Source: Asterias rubens (taxonomy: Eukaryota). From it: DNA of 64,000 bases. Below are positions 23,968-36,889 of the stretch, piece after piece (the stretch's first letter is position 1; the number at the start of each line of letters is the position of its first letter). The stretch spans positions 768,762 to 832,761 of the forward strand of contig NC_047064.1 in NCBI RefSeq assembly GCF_902459465.1, given 5' to 3'. The position numbers and the translations under genes are program-made. Under the pieces are notes generated by a model. The model ran no database searches, had not been told where the DNA came from, and saw only the letters and a program-made list of their open reading frames with translations.

Positions 23968-24589
23968 GTAAGAGCAATAATTTGGGAGTCGAGGACTAAT
24001 CTCAGCTTACTTGCAACCGGTATTATTTTAGAGATCGATTTGCACTGATACTCTTAGGGGTGTCTGTGTCTCCAGTCCATGGTGGGGGGTGGTGAAGGAT
24101 TATTCGGTTTAGCGAGTATTTTAACGTGGTCAAAATGTACCAATCGAAAGTAATCGCTGTGTCATATAGAAACTGCCCAAGATTTATGTCATGAGGGGTT
24201 GTCGTTCTTGTTCTTATTTTTCCCTTTTTGTTTTACTGTTTTCTTGATCGTCTTTCTTTCTTATCCTTTATATGTATTCATTTAAAAAGTTACTGTAAAA
24301 TTGAAGATTTTTTTATGATACAATCGTCTAGTGAACCTATTTATTTTTATTTTGAACGTTCAATTTTATTTGTCTGTAGCTAATAGTACGGTCAGATGAA
24401 AATTCCTTATACGGTTTAAGACATACATAAGAATGTCGAGAAGCCCCATTGGTTGTTTCTGAACTGTTGCTAATGTAACTGACCAATGAAAAGTGTACTG
24501 TCGTCAGTCAAGGTTCGTTATTGGTTTGGTCCTCGGCCTCTAATTAAACACACACGACCAATAAGCATGCTTCTTTCTCTTCCCTACAG

Positions 24590-24731
24590 CAATACCGACG
24601 TAAGTCCAAGTTTCTGATTGGCTGTTTTTCAGCTGCGTCTAACGTGACTGGGATAGTAACTGATACAGCAGCAGTTTCTGGACTGTTGCATCAATATGGA
24701 GCTCTGGCATTCTGGGATTATGCCACTGCAG
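24590..24731 (+). CDS. Exon 7 of the class V aminotransferase/cysteine desulfurase-like gene.
   Basis: Acceptor ctcttccctacAG|C, donor CAG|GTAAAA. It encodes QYRRKSKFLIGCFSAASNVTGIVTDTAAVSGLLHQYGALAFWDYATA(G). 'SAASNVTG' matches the conserved 'saaSNvtG' block of cysteine desulfurases. Confidence 0.75.
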
Positions 24732-25053
24732 GTAAAACAATTTTTATCACCAAAAAAAAAATCAGTTTTTAACAATTTATTACCTTCTTTTAGCCGCTAC
24801 CTTTAGATATGTTGTTTAGTTTACCAACAGTAATTTATTTTTATTTGTTTAAAGACATTGATTTTTTAGAAAGACTCTAGCATCAAAACGTAATGCCAAA
24901 TTCCATTATACCATAGTAAGCAATTTGCAACTGCTAATTTTGTATGTCTCAGTAATGATCGTAAAAATGTAAGGTTTAATTAAATAAGTTTAAGTTTCTC
25001 ACCCATTTTGTTGAGGTTATTTTTTATGTTCATTTATTTTTATTTGCTTGCAG

Positions 25054-25108
25054 GACCGTACCTCAATATTGACATGAACCCACCAGTCGAGGAAGATGGG
25101 GAAGGCGG
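25054..25108 (+). CDS. Exon 8 of the class V aminotransferase/cysteine desulfurase-like gene.
   Basis: Acceptor tatttgcttgcAG|G, donor CGG|GTAAGT. It encodes (G)PYLNIDMNPPVEEDGEG(G). Phase 1 in and phase 2 out are consistent. Confidence 0.6.
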
Positions 25109-25902
25109 GTAAGTTTCAGGCCAATAGAGGGCGCAGTTACGATGACGTTGGAAGTTTAGAAATGTTGAGGCTACGGCTACGACTACGTCCTTTTTCCTTC
25201 ATTGATAACGTTGAATAAAATATCTTTCAGTAATCCGGCCGTAGCCACAGAGCCGAAACCATGAATCCAGCCATTGCCCTTCGTATGAATATTCCTTTTG
25301 TTTTACTACCTATGGCTATTAAACTGTCTAATTGATTGATGATACTCCCACTTGACCCACCGGACGCCATCATCTCAATAGACCCTTTGCATTGATGACC
25401 GCCATCTTTGATGAAACGTGCACGCGTGCGCAGCGCGTACACTCGTGCATCTTCCATAATGTTACATTATAGATGGTGGTCAATGACGTCATGTGCTACC
25501 CGTCTATAGTCTTGGTTGCGCAATTTGGGAGTCAATATCACTATATATGAAGATTAAACGCTTACCAGTTGGTATCCTAAAATAGCGGTCCCGGCAAAGT
25601 CGCCGTGTACGAATGGTCTAGAAGATAATGCTCATTTTTATGCATAAGTTGTTTGAATAAATACTTCAAAATTACAGTCCATATTTAATTTATTGTAAAA
25701 AGTATAACTTGTATTCCATATTTCACAAAACTATTTCCGAAAAATGCAGCTCCCAAATTATTAAACTTCCACAATTAAACATCATAATGATTGCAAATGT
25801 CACACTATCAATTATTAACAATCCAGTATATTGTGGTCTTAAAATAACTTGATGTACTGAATATCACATTTCAAATAAATATTGTATATTTCCTTCATCT
25901 AG

Positions 25903-25979
25903 AATGGAAGCCTTGGATCTCAGCAAAGACGCCGTATATTTGTCTCCACATAAGTTCGTCGGTGGTGTCGGAACTCCTG
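25903..25979 (+). CDS. Exon 9 of the class V aminotransferase/cysteine desulfurase-like gene; it carries the PLP-binding lysine.
   Basis: Acceptor ttccttcatctAG|A, donor CTG|GTAATT. It encodes (G)MEALDLSKDAVYLSPHKFVGGVGTP(G). 'SPHKF.G..G.G' is the canonical class V Schiff-base lysine block (S-x-H-K). Confidence 0.75.
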
Positions 25980-27283
25980 GTAATTATTTCCTTTCAATTC
26001 TTTCTGTATTTTGAAATTAAACTCCATTTCAGTCTAGTCAGCAGACGAAGTTTCTAAACTTAGAATTTTTTCTGTCAAATGACAAAGCTTCACCTTGTAT
26101 AAAGTAAGTTTTTAAGACGAACGACTTAAAATAAGAACTTTGAAAGGTTGGTGTTGCGTTTCGTCTAGCCATTACCACTCGAGCCTGTCCAGGCACAGGA
26201 CTACCCGTTAATGAGTGTCGAGTTGTCAATTTGCTGGGGGCTAGCATGGGGGTCGAGTCAAGACGACTTGACATCTTGACTGATGATGACCAATCTGCAA
26301 CCACATGTGAGACATGTTTTCCTAGGGTGACTGCAACTGCCCCCCCCCCTATCTTTTGAAATTTTAAGTATATTCATTTTGGTTTTTACCAATATAAACC
26401 GATGTGTGTAAGCAATGTGTACTCTCCCGGGTTCTGTGAAATGTTGTTGACAATATAATAATTTTAAAAATTCTGACATAACAAACGCACATAAAATGGG
26501 CTTGTTCAACAAACATTCAAACAAAAACTACGTTTTAATTGGCAAGAAGTGACACGCCCTCTCCTGAAAAAAGGGTCCCCCCCCATTGTGACCCCCTATT
26601 ATTATAACCTAGTTTCGTTACTGGTAGACTTTAAATCTTGTGTTTTTTGTGGTTTTTCTAAATATTTTTATTTACTTAATCTTTCGGCACCATGCTGTGC
26701 TTTTGAATAAGTCTAGACTACCCATAAAGACATTAACGCTTGAATGTGTTCCCATTATGACCTCATGAAAAAACAAGCAGTGCGTGAAATCAAACATCTG
26801 ATATCTGTAATTTGATAACTGTGGTGTAACACGATATTGACGTATTATTTTACAGCGAGTTTATAGTTTAAAACAACCTGAAATAGTTATTTTCTCACTG
26901 TTTAAAACAGTGCACTAAACATCAACTTTTCCGAAATAACTTCATAAAACATCCGATTAATTGTAAAATAAAACACATCGTTATCATTCCAAACATAGCC
27001 CTGGCGGCCTTTATACACTTTCGTAACAGTACATATATACTGGAAAAGTCCTATATAGGGTAATTCCAAAAAGAGTTAGTTTTAAAATTAGACGGACAAG
27101 TTCTGCTTGATCAAGTGAGATTCGGAACAAATTCGGTTCACAAAAGATAACACTGCCCTGTTTGCGTTCATTCAGTTTTTTGAATTAAACATAAACCAAT
27201 TGTTGTGCAAACTGATCTGTGTGCAGATTTTTATTTTCAATCAATTACCGGGTATTTGTTTTATAACATTTTGTTTTCGTCAG

Positions 27284-27357
27284 GTCTTTTGATTGCAAAG
27301 AAGAAACTTTTCATGAATGCAGTGCCTGGTTCATGTGGCGGCGGAACTGTACTTTTT
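27284..27357 (+). CDS. Exon 10 of the class V aminotransferase/cysteine desulfurase-like gene.
   Basis: Acceptor ttgttttcgtcAG|G, donor TTT|GTAAGT. It encodes (G)LLIAKKKLFMNAVPGSCGGGTVLF. It matches the post-lysine 'G.G.L....l...mpP...GGG' region of SufS-type enzymes. Confidence 0.7.
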
Positions 27358-28005
27358 GTAAGTAATTTGGAGAGGAAAAAACACGCAACAACAGTAATAC
27401 AGCTTCCCATTTGGAAGTGTCATGAAGTCATATCAATTAAATTTCCTTGAAATTGTCCATCTGTTTATCATGTAGCAGCAGGGTTAGGCCCACGACTTTT
27501 TCCATTAAGGTTTTCCACAAAATAAACACCTCTTTTATTTAAAGGATTTAGTTAGGCCTACAGAAAAAAAAACCGATCGACTATTAAAAATCTGTTTTAT
27601 GATCAATCTATAATCATCATCCACATCATTCAAGACTGCCCAGACTTCAGACCACCACAAGGCGAGCAGTAACTCAGAGATCTCGATGAGAATACCATCA
27701 AGTGGCTTGAAGTCACTAAACTATCAAACTAGTTATATTCAAACGAGGGAAGAAGAAGACGCAGAATCGTTAAATTTGTAAAACATCCCTTACTTTTTTA
27801 TACCTTGTAATTTGGGGAGTATAAAACACAACAACATCAATACACAATGCTCACTTTAGTACAGTGATCAACCGAAAGAAGAAGAAGAAAAATGCGTTCT
27901 GTAACTGTTCATTTAAATCATAAATAAACCATGTACAATCCAAAGATTTTCAGAAGCCGGGTTTATTATTTGAGAATTCTTGGTGTTTCTTTTTCTTCAC
28001 TGTAG

Positions 28006-28116
28006 GTGACTCGTGACACTCACCGGTACGTCTCTAATATCGAGGAGCGTGAAGAGGGAGGTACTCCGGCCATAGTGGAATCAATCCGCGCTGGGCTCGT
28101 CTTCAAACTTAAAGCG
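28006..28116 (+). CDS. Exon 11 of the class V aminotransferase/cysteine desulfurase-like gene. It is the last exon visible in the window; the donor leads directly into the satellite block.
   Basis: Acceptor ttcttcactgtAG|G, donor GCG|GTAAAT. It encodes VTRDTHRYVSNIEEREEGGTPAIVESIRAGLVFKLKA. 'E.GTP....i.l.aA' matches the 'rfEaGTpn..g.igl.aA' block of SufS. About 410 aa are accounted for, so the C-terminal third of the fold is still missing. Confidence 0.7.
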
Positions 28117-28148
28117 GTAAATTCAATTCAATCCAATTCAATCAATTA

Positions 28149-28930
28149 AACTAGACATTAAGTGTTTGTGAACAAACACGAAGCTGTTCCTTGTTGTTTT
28201 GCTTGGATTGTGTGCTTCATTGCCCAAGGAATATATAACTGAAAAAAAGGTTTCCAAAAAGTTGTGTAGCTCTTGTTATAAGGTCTTACATGTACTTCCT
28301 GGTTGACCCGTAAGTAAAGGTCTACATGGGCCCACAGCTACCAAAGATTAATCTGCAATGCCAAGGAGTCTATGAAATCGGTTGTGTAGTCCCACCCTTG
28401 TTATATAGTCCCACTTCCGGTTGACACAGAAGTAGAGGTCAACTTGAGGTCACAGTTTTCCAAAGCTAATATTTATTGCCTTAGAGTCTATAACCGAAGT
28501 TTGAACATTAGCTTTGTACTTTTTTAGATATGGGCTCACTTCCGGTTGACCCAGAAGTAAAGGTCAACATGGGGTCAAAGTTGTTTCAAACTAATCTTGA
28601 ATGCCCAAGGAGTCTATAACTGAACAAAAATTGATAATCTGTTGTATAGTTATTGAGACATGGTCCAACTTCCGGTTGACCAGGATAGTAGGGGTCAACT
28701 TGAGGTCACGGTTTTTTAAAGTTAATATTTTATGCCTAAGGAGTTTATAACTGAAAATATTTTGAAAATCTGCTGTATAGTTCTTGAGATATGGTGACAC
28801 TTCCGGTTGACGCGGAAGTAGAGGTCAACTTGAGGTCACAGTTTTTTCAAATTAATCTCCAACCCCCAAGGAGTCTTTAAAAACAAACAGTTGAAAAGTC
28901 GGCCGTGAAGTTCTTGAGATATGATGCTGC
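28149..28930. repeat. Outermost, most diverged array of the ~130-bp satellite monomer (about 5 copies) at the edge of the satellite block.
   Basis: It begins with 'ctagacattaagtgtttgtgaacaaacac', the same junction that opens every 1.57-kb sub-unit. The monomers contain 'cacttccggttgacc.gaagtagaggtcaacttgaggtcac'. Copies are 10-20% diverged from the interior copies. Confidence 0.8.
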
Positions 28931-29814
28931 AAAGATTTCCTAATTAATATGCATATGAGGGTCACTGGTGGTTAATTAATAAATAATTTTAATATATTTT
29001 ATGATATGAATTAAGCTAAACATCCTAAAGCTTCCATTTGATATTATTTTACGTGTTTAAAAACACATAATTAATTTGTAGGATACTCCTTTATTTTCCT
29101 ACTCCTGCCGATAGGGGGCGCTCTTATGAGCCATTTCAGTTGCACGATTTCTGCACCGTAATGTCTGTATCTGACTCTGTATTTGTATGTGTACGTCGCA
29201 GAGACCAAAACTGTCACAAAATGTCAAGCTATAATTTCCCCTATAGAACACGGCCCAGTTTTATGGCTCTGTCTGCTTCAACCAAACTCTGCCCATTTAT
29301 TATACAACCACCATTCTCCGCTTACTGTGCAGGCGCTGAAATATCTGTACAAATTAGTTCAAAGCAAAGATTACATATGATAAGTTTCCCCGCGCACAAG
29401 CACAAATATCCCTGCTAAGCTGTGAAATATGCTTTAAGTAAGCGATAATATCCGCGCTTCTGATGTGTCAATTCTTTGCTTACGCAGTGAAGCAGAGTCA
29501 AACTGGACCAGTTTCACAAGATTTCCCCTCATGTACTAACAATCTTTTTTGACTTTACATGTTTGAAGTGTAGGCCTTACCAAACCTACTTACAGGGCAA
29601 AATTACATGGTTCTCATGACCACCAAAGTCTGCGCTTACGATCACCATTTTCCGCTTTACTGTGATGTGCAAGGTTGGAAAATAATGTGCGAACTTGGAA
29701 GCACACAAACAAAAGAAATCCCTGCTGTAAGCAGTCTATTTCGCTTGACGTAAGCGCAGAATTCAATGCTTCTGCAGAGCACTGAATCTTTTTCATTAAG
29801 CAAGTTCCCATCAT

Positions 29815-30330
29815 GACTCGACTAGTCGAACCTCAAACCTAACTACGACACTTGTCGAGATAAAATACAGATTCTCAAGATTTGTGCCGCTATGTGCCGC
29901 AAAGGCAATATTAATTATGTTGCGAATGGGTGACTAGTGAATTTTACTACTCGACTAGTCGCACCTCAAACCTAACCACGACACTTGTCGAGATAAAGTA
30001 CGGATTCTCAAGATTTGTGCCGCTATGCCGCAAGGGCAATATAAATTATGTTGCGAATAGTAGTAAGCAACACAACTGGTTCACCAAACAGGTAGTCGGG
30101 ACAAATTTTTAATTATGTTGCGAATGGGTGTGACTAGTGAAATTTACTACTCGACTAGTCGCACTTCAAACCTAACTATGACACTTGTCGAGATAAAGTA
30201 CAGATTCTCAAGATTTGTGCCGCTATGCCGCAAGGGCAATATTAATTATGTTGCGAATAGTAGTAAGCAACACAACTGGTTCACCAAACAGGTAGTCGGG
30301 ACAAATTTTGTAGTCGATGTGTGAACACGA
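29815..30330. repeat. 133-bp tandem repeat, about 3.5 copies (unit 'ttatgttgcgaatgggtg.actagtgaa.tttactactcgactagtcgcac.tcaaacct..cta.gacacttgtcgagataaa.tac.gattctcaagatttgt.ccgc.atg.ccgcaagggcaatattaa').
   Basis: The same array heads each 5.97-kb higher-order unit (45081-45625, 51056-51605, 57014-57560, 62986-63535). It contains the palindrome cgactagtcg. It causes the recurrent track ORFs 'MTSEFYYSTSRTSNL...' and 'MLRMGVTSEIYYSTSR...'. Confidence 0.85.
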
Positions 30331-31803
30331 TTATTACGGAGTAGAGAAAAACAGTAGTCGCGACTCAAATAATAATTTGTAGTTGCGACTTTAACACTGA
30401 AGCACACTAGTCGCCCCTGCCTACTTTTGTCACAAGTAAAGCACGGTTTTTCCTGCGAATGCAAATCAAATTTTTAAGTCACTGTTTTCGCAGTGAAAGT
30501 GTCGCAGGAGTTGAGCACAATTAGTCAACTGTAGCAAATTTTTTGATGCGAATTGTGACGTGAAGAACACATTCCCGGCTAAGCTGTAAAATACGCTTAG
30601 CGTAAGCACAGTTCCCTGATTACGTAAGCGCTGCGATTCTTTCCTTTAAAAGCCATTGGCCCAGGACCAAACTACATAATAGCTTTTTAAACACAAAAAG
30701 CAGCTTAACCATGCCTCATGTTCAAGTTGTGAATCCAGGTGTTCTGCTCAATTTCTGCAATTTTGTAAAGCAAAATGTTTTGCCTGTTTATTATAAGCAG
30801 CTCTATAAAACTGAGCCACTCAACCACCAGAGAAACGTCAGCATAATAAAATCTCTGCTTCTGTATTCCTGTCAAAGAGTTTTTGTTTGTCATGGTCTAA
30901 TTTCCGAACGTAACGCGAAATACTGGAATTAGTTTAGGCAAATGGTCCCCGGCTTGAACAAGGTGACTTTACCCGTAAATAATTCCAAATCCCGGGCGGT
31001 CTATTTTCGTCGTCCACGCTCGTCGCCTGAAATGAACCCGGTCCACGACGCACCATGCTCAGGCTTGTCAAATTTTGGAAACAAGTTTAGACTTGTGCTA
31101 GTCGGTGACCGTAAGAAATCTATGTATATTGAACAAAAAAACGCAATAACACCGGTCGAAAGTGGGATAAGGACTTAGTCAAGTTAACAGTTTTTACAAT
31201 TTTGACTATTCAAATCAAGTTTTACGCCGTACCCATGATCTTTGAAAAAAATTCCCCGGAAATACAGGTTTTTTAAATAATTACACTGTTTCTATAAGTT
31301 CTGATGCTTTTAAAATGACCATCAATAAAATATATCTTATCTAAAGCAGTTTTGGGAAGTGTACAACATGTAATTTAATTTTAATCGAATAAATTATGTT
31401 TCGGAAAGCTGGGTTTGTTTACACTTCAAGAGCCATTGTGTTTGTGCACAGACACAAAACGTGCATTACATGACGTCATGGTGACGTCGTCCAGAATTTT
31501 ATGTCGGAAATCACATTAACAGGACCTGACTAGTGTATAGCTGAAAAAAGTTTCAGGATCGGCGGTCTACTTTTTGAGATATGGTGTTAACTTGGTTTGC
31601 TAATTAAACATTCACAAGCTTAATTAAGGCTTATTAATTAACAATTTTTACATTTTTTACGATAAGAATTAAGCTTATGTTCTAAGCTTCAATTTGGTAT
31701 AATAAACTCACTCTTTCGTATTATGGTTTAGGAGATTAGGCTGCCGCAAAAACGTGTACAAACACTATGGGATTTAGGGAGAAACAACGAATAATAATAA
31801 TAA

Positions 31804-34800
31804 CTAGACATTAAGTGTTTGTGAACAAACACGAAGCTGTTCCGTGATGTTTTGCTTGGATTATGTGCTTCATTGCCCAAGGAATATATAACTGGAAAAA
31901 AAAGTTTCAAAAAAGTTGTGTAGCTCTTGGTATTAGGTCACACTTCCCGGTTGACCCACAAGTAAAGGTCAAAATGGGCCCACAGCTACCAAAGACTAAT
32001 CTGCAATGCCAAGGAGTCTATAACTGAAAAAGTTTGAGCAATCGGTTGTGAAGATCTTGATATATAGTCCCACTTCCGGTTGCCCAGAAGTAGAGGTCAA
32101 CATAGGGTCACAGTTTTTCAAAGTTAATATTTATTGCCTTAGAGTCTATAACTGAAGTTTGAACATTGGCTTTGTACTTCTTGAGATATTGGCCCACTTC
32201 CGGTCGACCCGGAAGTAAAGGTCAACATGGGTCAAATGTGTTTTAAACTAATCTTGAATGTCCAAGGAGTCTATAACTGAAAAAAGTTTGAAAATCGGTT
32301 GTATATTTCTTGAGATATGGTCCCACTTCCGGTTGACCCGGAAGTAGAGGTCAACTTGAGGTCACGGTTTGTCAAAAGTTATATTTTTATGCCTAAGGAG
32401 TTTATAACTGAAAAAAGTTTTATAATCTGGTGTATAGTTCTTGAGATATGGTCCCACTTCCGGCCGACCCAGAAGTAGGGGTCAACTTGAGGTCACGATT
32501 TTTCAAAATTAATCTCCAATCCCCAAAGAGTCTTTAGCAACAAACAGTCTTAAAATCGGCTGTATACTTCTTGAGATATGGTGCTGCAAAGATTTTCTGA
32601 TTGAATATGCAAATGAGGGTCATGTGGTTAATTAGTTACTAGTTGCCATTTTTCAAAAACAAATTAAAGATGCAAACATCACGACATCGTCTCGACTAGT
32701 CGAACCCTAAGAGTCCTCAACCCATACAGGTCCGCAGTGTGTTGTAAGAGCCATAGAGATGTTTAAACATTGCAATGAAAGTGACTGCACCCAATTTATG
32801 AAGTACTACGTTGTACCCATGATGCCAATATTCTAATTGATTAATTAATTAATAGACGAACATTGATTGCTTTTATGGACTGAAACAAATCTTATTAGAA
32901 TCAGTGTATTTTTCTACACATAATATGATATTTAGGAAACTAACAAATAAATTATTTAGAAGTTATTGTGTTTTTGACCAGTTTAAAGTATAGATTTGAA
33001 GAGCCATTGTGTTTGTGCACAAACACAAAACGTGCATTACATGACGTCATGGTGACGTCGTCCAGAATTTTATGTCGGAAATCACATTAACAGGACCTGA
33101 CTAGTGTATAGCTGAAAAAAGTTTCAGGATCGGCGGTCTAATTTTTGAGATATGGTGTTAACTAGGTTTGCTAATTTAATATTCACAAGCTTAATTAAGG
33201 CTTATTAATTAAAATTTGTTACATTTTTTACGATAAGAATTAAGCTTATGTTCTAAGCTTCAGTTTGGTATAATAAACTCACTCTTTCGTATTATGGTTT
33301 AGGAGATTAGGCTGCCGCAAAAACGTGTACAAACACTATGGGATTTAGGGAGAAACAAAGAATAATAATAATAATAATAATAAAAACTAGACATTAAGTG
33401 TTTGTGAACAAACACGAAGCTGTTCCGTGATGTTTTGCTTGGATTATGTGCTTCATTGCCCAAGGAATATATAACTGGAAAAAAAAGTTTCAAAAAAGTT
33501 GTGTAGCTCTTGGTATTAGGTCACACTTCCCGGTTGACCCACAAGTAAAGGTCAAAATGGGCCCACAGCTACCAAAGACTAATCTGCAATGCCAAGGAGT
33601 CTATAACTGAAAAAGTTTAAGCAATCTGTTGTGAAGATCTTGATATATAGTCCCACTTCCGGTTGCCCAGAAGTAGAGGTCAACATAGGGTCACAGTTTT
33701 TCAAAGTTAATATTTATTGCCTTAGAGTCTATAACTGAAGTTTGAACATTGGCTTTGTACTTCTTGAGATATTGGCCCACTTCCGGTCGACCCGGAAGTA
33801 AAGGTCAACATGGGGTCAAATGTGTTTCAAACTAATCTTGAATGTCCAAGGAGTCTATAACTGAAAAAAGTTTGAAAATCGGTTGTATATTTCTTGAGAT
33901 ATGGTCCCACTTCCGGTTGACCCGGAAGTAGAGGTCAACTTGAGGTCACGGTTTGTCAAAAGTTATATTTTTATGCCTAAGGAGTTTATAACTGAAAAAA
34001 GTTTTATAATCTGTTGTATAGTTCTTGAGATATGGTCCCACTTCCGGCCGACCCGGAAGTAGGGGTCAACTTGAGGTCACGATTTTTCAAAATTAATCTC
34101 CAATCCCCAAAGAGTCTTTAGCAACAAACAGTCTTAAAATCGGCTGTATACTTCTTGAGATATGGTGCTGCAAAGATTTTCTGATTGAATATGCAAATCA
34201 GGGTCATGTGGTTAATTAGTTACTAGTTGCCATTTTTCAAAAACAAATTAAAGATGCAAACATCACGACATCGTCTTCTCAGACTCTCCCCGAGAGTCCT
34301 CAACCCATACAGGTCGCAGTGTGTTGCAAGAGCCATAGAGATGTTTAAACATTACAATGAAAGTGACTGCACCCAATTCATGAAGTACTACGTTGTACCC
34401 ATGATGCCAAGATTCTAATTGATTAATTAATTAATAGACGAACATTGATTGCTTTTATGGACTGAAACAAATCTTATTAGAATCAGTGTATTTTTCTACA
34501 CATAATATGGTATTTAGGAAACTAACAAATAAATTATTTAGAAGTTATTGTGTTTTTGACCAGTTTAAAGTATAGATTTGAAGAGCCATTGTGTTTGTGC
34601 ACAGACACAAAACGTGCATTACATGACGTCATGGTGACGCGTCCAGAATTTTATGTCGGAAATCACATTAACAGGACCTGACTAGTGTATAGCTGAAAAA
34701 AGTTTCAGGATCGGCGGTCTACTTTTTGAGATATGGTGTTAACAAGGTTTGCTAATTAAATATTCATAAGCTTAATTGGGGATTATTAATTAACAATTTT

Positions 34801-36500
34801 AACATTTTTTACGATAAGAATTAAGCTTATGTTCTAAGCTTCAATTTGGTATAATAAACTCACTCTTTCGTATTATGGTTTAGGAGATTAGGCTGCCGCA
34901 AAAACGTGTACAAACACTATGGGATTTAGGGAGAAACAAAGAATAACTAGACATTAAGTGTTTGTGAACAAACACGAAGCTGTTCCTTGTTGTTTTGCTT
35001 GGATTATGTGCTTCATTGCCCAAGGAATATATAACTGAAAAAAAGGTTTCAAAAAAGTTGTGTAGCTCTTGGTATTAGGTCACACTTCCCGGTTGACCCG
35101 CAAGTAAAGGTGAAAATGGGCCCACAGCTACCAAAGACTAATCTGCAATGCCAAGGAGTCTATAACTGAAAAAGTTAAAGCAATCGGTTGTGAAGATCTT
35201 GATATATAGTCCGACTTCCGGTTGACCCAGAAGTAGAGGTCAACATAGGGTCACAGTTTTCCAAAGTTAATATTTATTGCCTTAGAGTCTATAACTGAAG
35301 TTTCAACATTGGTTTGTACTTCTTGAGATATGGGCCCACTTCCGGTCGACCCGGAAGTAAAGGTCAACATGGGGGTCAAATGTGTTTCAAACTAATCTTG
35401 AATGTCCAAGGAGTCTATAACTGAAAAAAGTTTGAAAATCGGTTGTATATTTCTTGAGATATGGTCCCACTTCCGGTTGACCCAGAAGTAGAGGTCAACT
35501 TGAGGTCACGGTTTGTCAAAAGTTATATTTTATGCCTAAGGAGTTTATAACTGAAAAAAGTTTTATAATCTGTTGTACAGTTCTTGAGATATGGTCCCAC
35601 TTCCGGTCGACCCGGAAGTAGGGGTCAACTTGAGGTCACGATTTTTCAAAATTAATTTCCAATCCCCAAAAAGGCTTTAGCAACAAACAGTCTTAAAATC
35701 GGCTGTATACTTCTTGAGATATGGTGCAGCAAAGATTTTCTAATTTAATATGCAAATGAGGGTCATGTGGTTAATTAGTTACTAGTTGCCATTTTTCAAA
35801 AACAAATTAAAGATGCAAACATCACGACATCGTCTTCTCAGACTCTCCCCGAGAGTCCTCAACCCATACAGGTCCGCAGTGTGTTGCAAGAGCCATAGAG
35901 ATGTTTAAACATTGCAATGAAAGTGACTGCACCCAATTTATGAAGTACTACGTTGTACACATGATGCCAAGATTCTAATTGATTAATTAATTAATAGACG
36001 AACATTGATTGCTTTTATGGACTGAAACAAATCTTATTAGAATCAGTGTATTTTTCTACACATAATATGATATTTAGGAAACTAACAGATACATTATTTC
36101 GAAGTTATTGTGTTTTTGACCAGTTTAAAGTATAGATTTGAAGAGCCATTGTGTTTGTGCACAGACACAAAACGTGCATTAAATGACGTCATGGTGACGT
36201 CGTCCGAAATTTTATGTCAGAAATCACCTTAACAGGACCTGACTAGTGTATAGCTGAAAAAAGTTTCAGGATCGGCGGTCTACTTTTTGAGATATGGTGT
36301 TAACTAGGTTTGCTAATTAGATATTCATAAGCTTAATTAAGGCTTATTAATTAACAATTTTAATTTTTTTACGATAAGAATTAAGCTTATGTTCTAAGCT
36401 TCAATTTGGTATAATAAACTCACTCTTTCGTATTATGGTTTAGGAGATTAGGCTGCCACAAAAACGTGTACAAACACTATGGGATTTAGGGAGAAACAAA
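31804..36500. repeat. 1.57-kb macro-satellite, about 3 tandem copies (31804-33386, 33387-34946, 34947-~36500). Each copy has 5 monomers of the 130-bp satellite plus ~870 bp of degenerate monomer-derived sequence.
   Basis: The junction 'ctagacattaagtgtttgtgaac' recurs at 31804, 33387 and 34947. The track ORF MKLFFPVIYSLGNEAH... recurs at 31728 and 33299, a period of 1571 bp. Copies are about 97-99% identical. Confidence 0.9.
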
Positions 36501-36830
36501 GAATAATAATAATAAAAATAATAAAAATCTCGACGAAAACAATAGCTGTTCCGACTGGATCGGAACAGCTAATAATAATAAAAACAATAAAAATCTAGAC
36601 GAAAACAATACCTGTTCCGACGGACGGTCGGAACAGCTAATAAAAACAATAAAAATCTAGACGAAAACAATACCTGTTCCGACGGACGGTCGGAACAGCT
36701 AATAATGAAAATCTCGACGAAAACAATAGCTGTTCCGACTGGATCGGAACAGCTAATAATAAAAATAATAAAAATCTCGACGAAAACAATAGCTGTTCCG
36801 ACTGGATCGGAACAGCTAACTAGACATTAG
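36500..36830. repeat. ~56-62-bp hairpin minisatellite, about 6 copies ('atctcgacgaaaacaatagctgttccgac.gga.cggaacagctaataat').
   Basis: Each unit contains the inverted repeat agctgttccgac ... gtcggaacagct (12-bp arms). Two-copy versions close every higher-order unit (44940-45080, 50930-51055, 56900-57013, 62870-62985). Confidence 0.85.
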
Positions 36831-36889
36831 GTGTTTGTGAACAAACACAAAGCTGTTCCGTGTTCTTTTGCTTTGATTATGTGTTAAAA

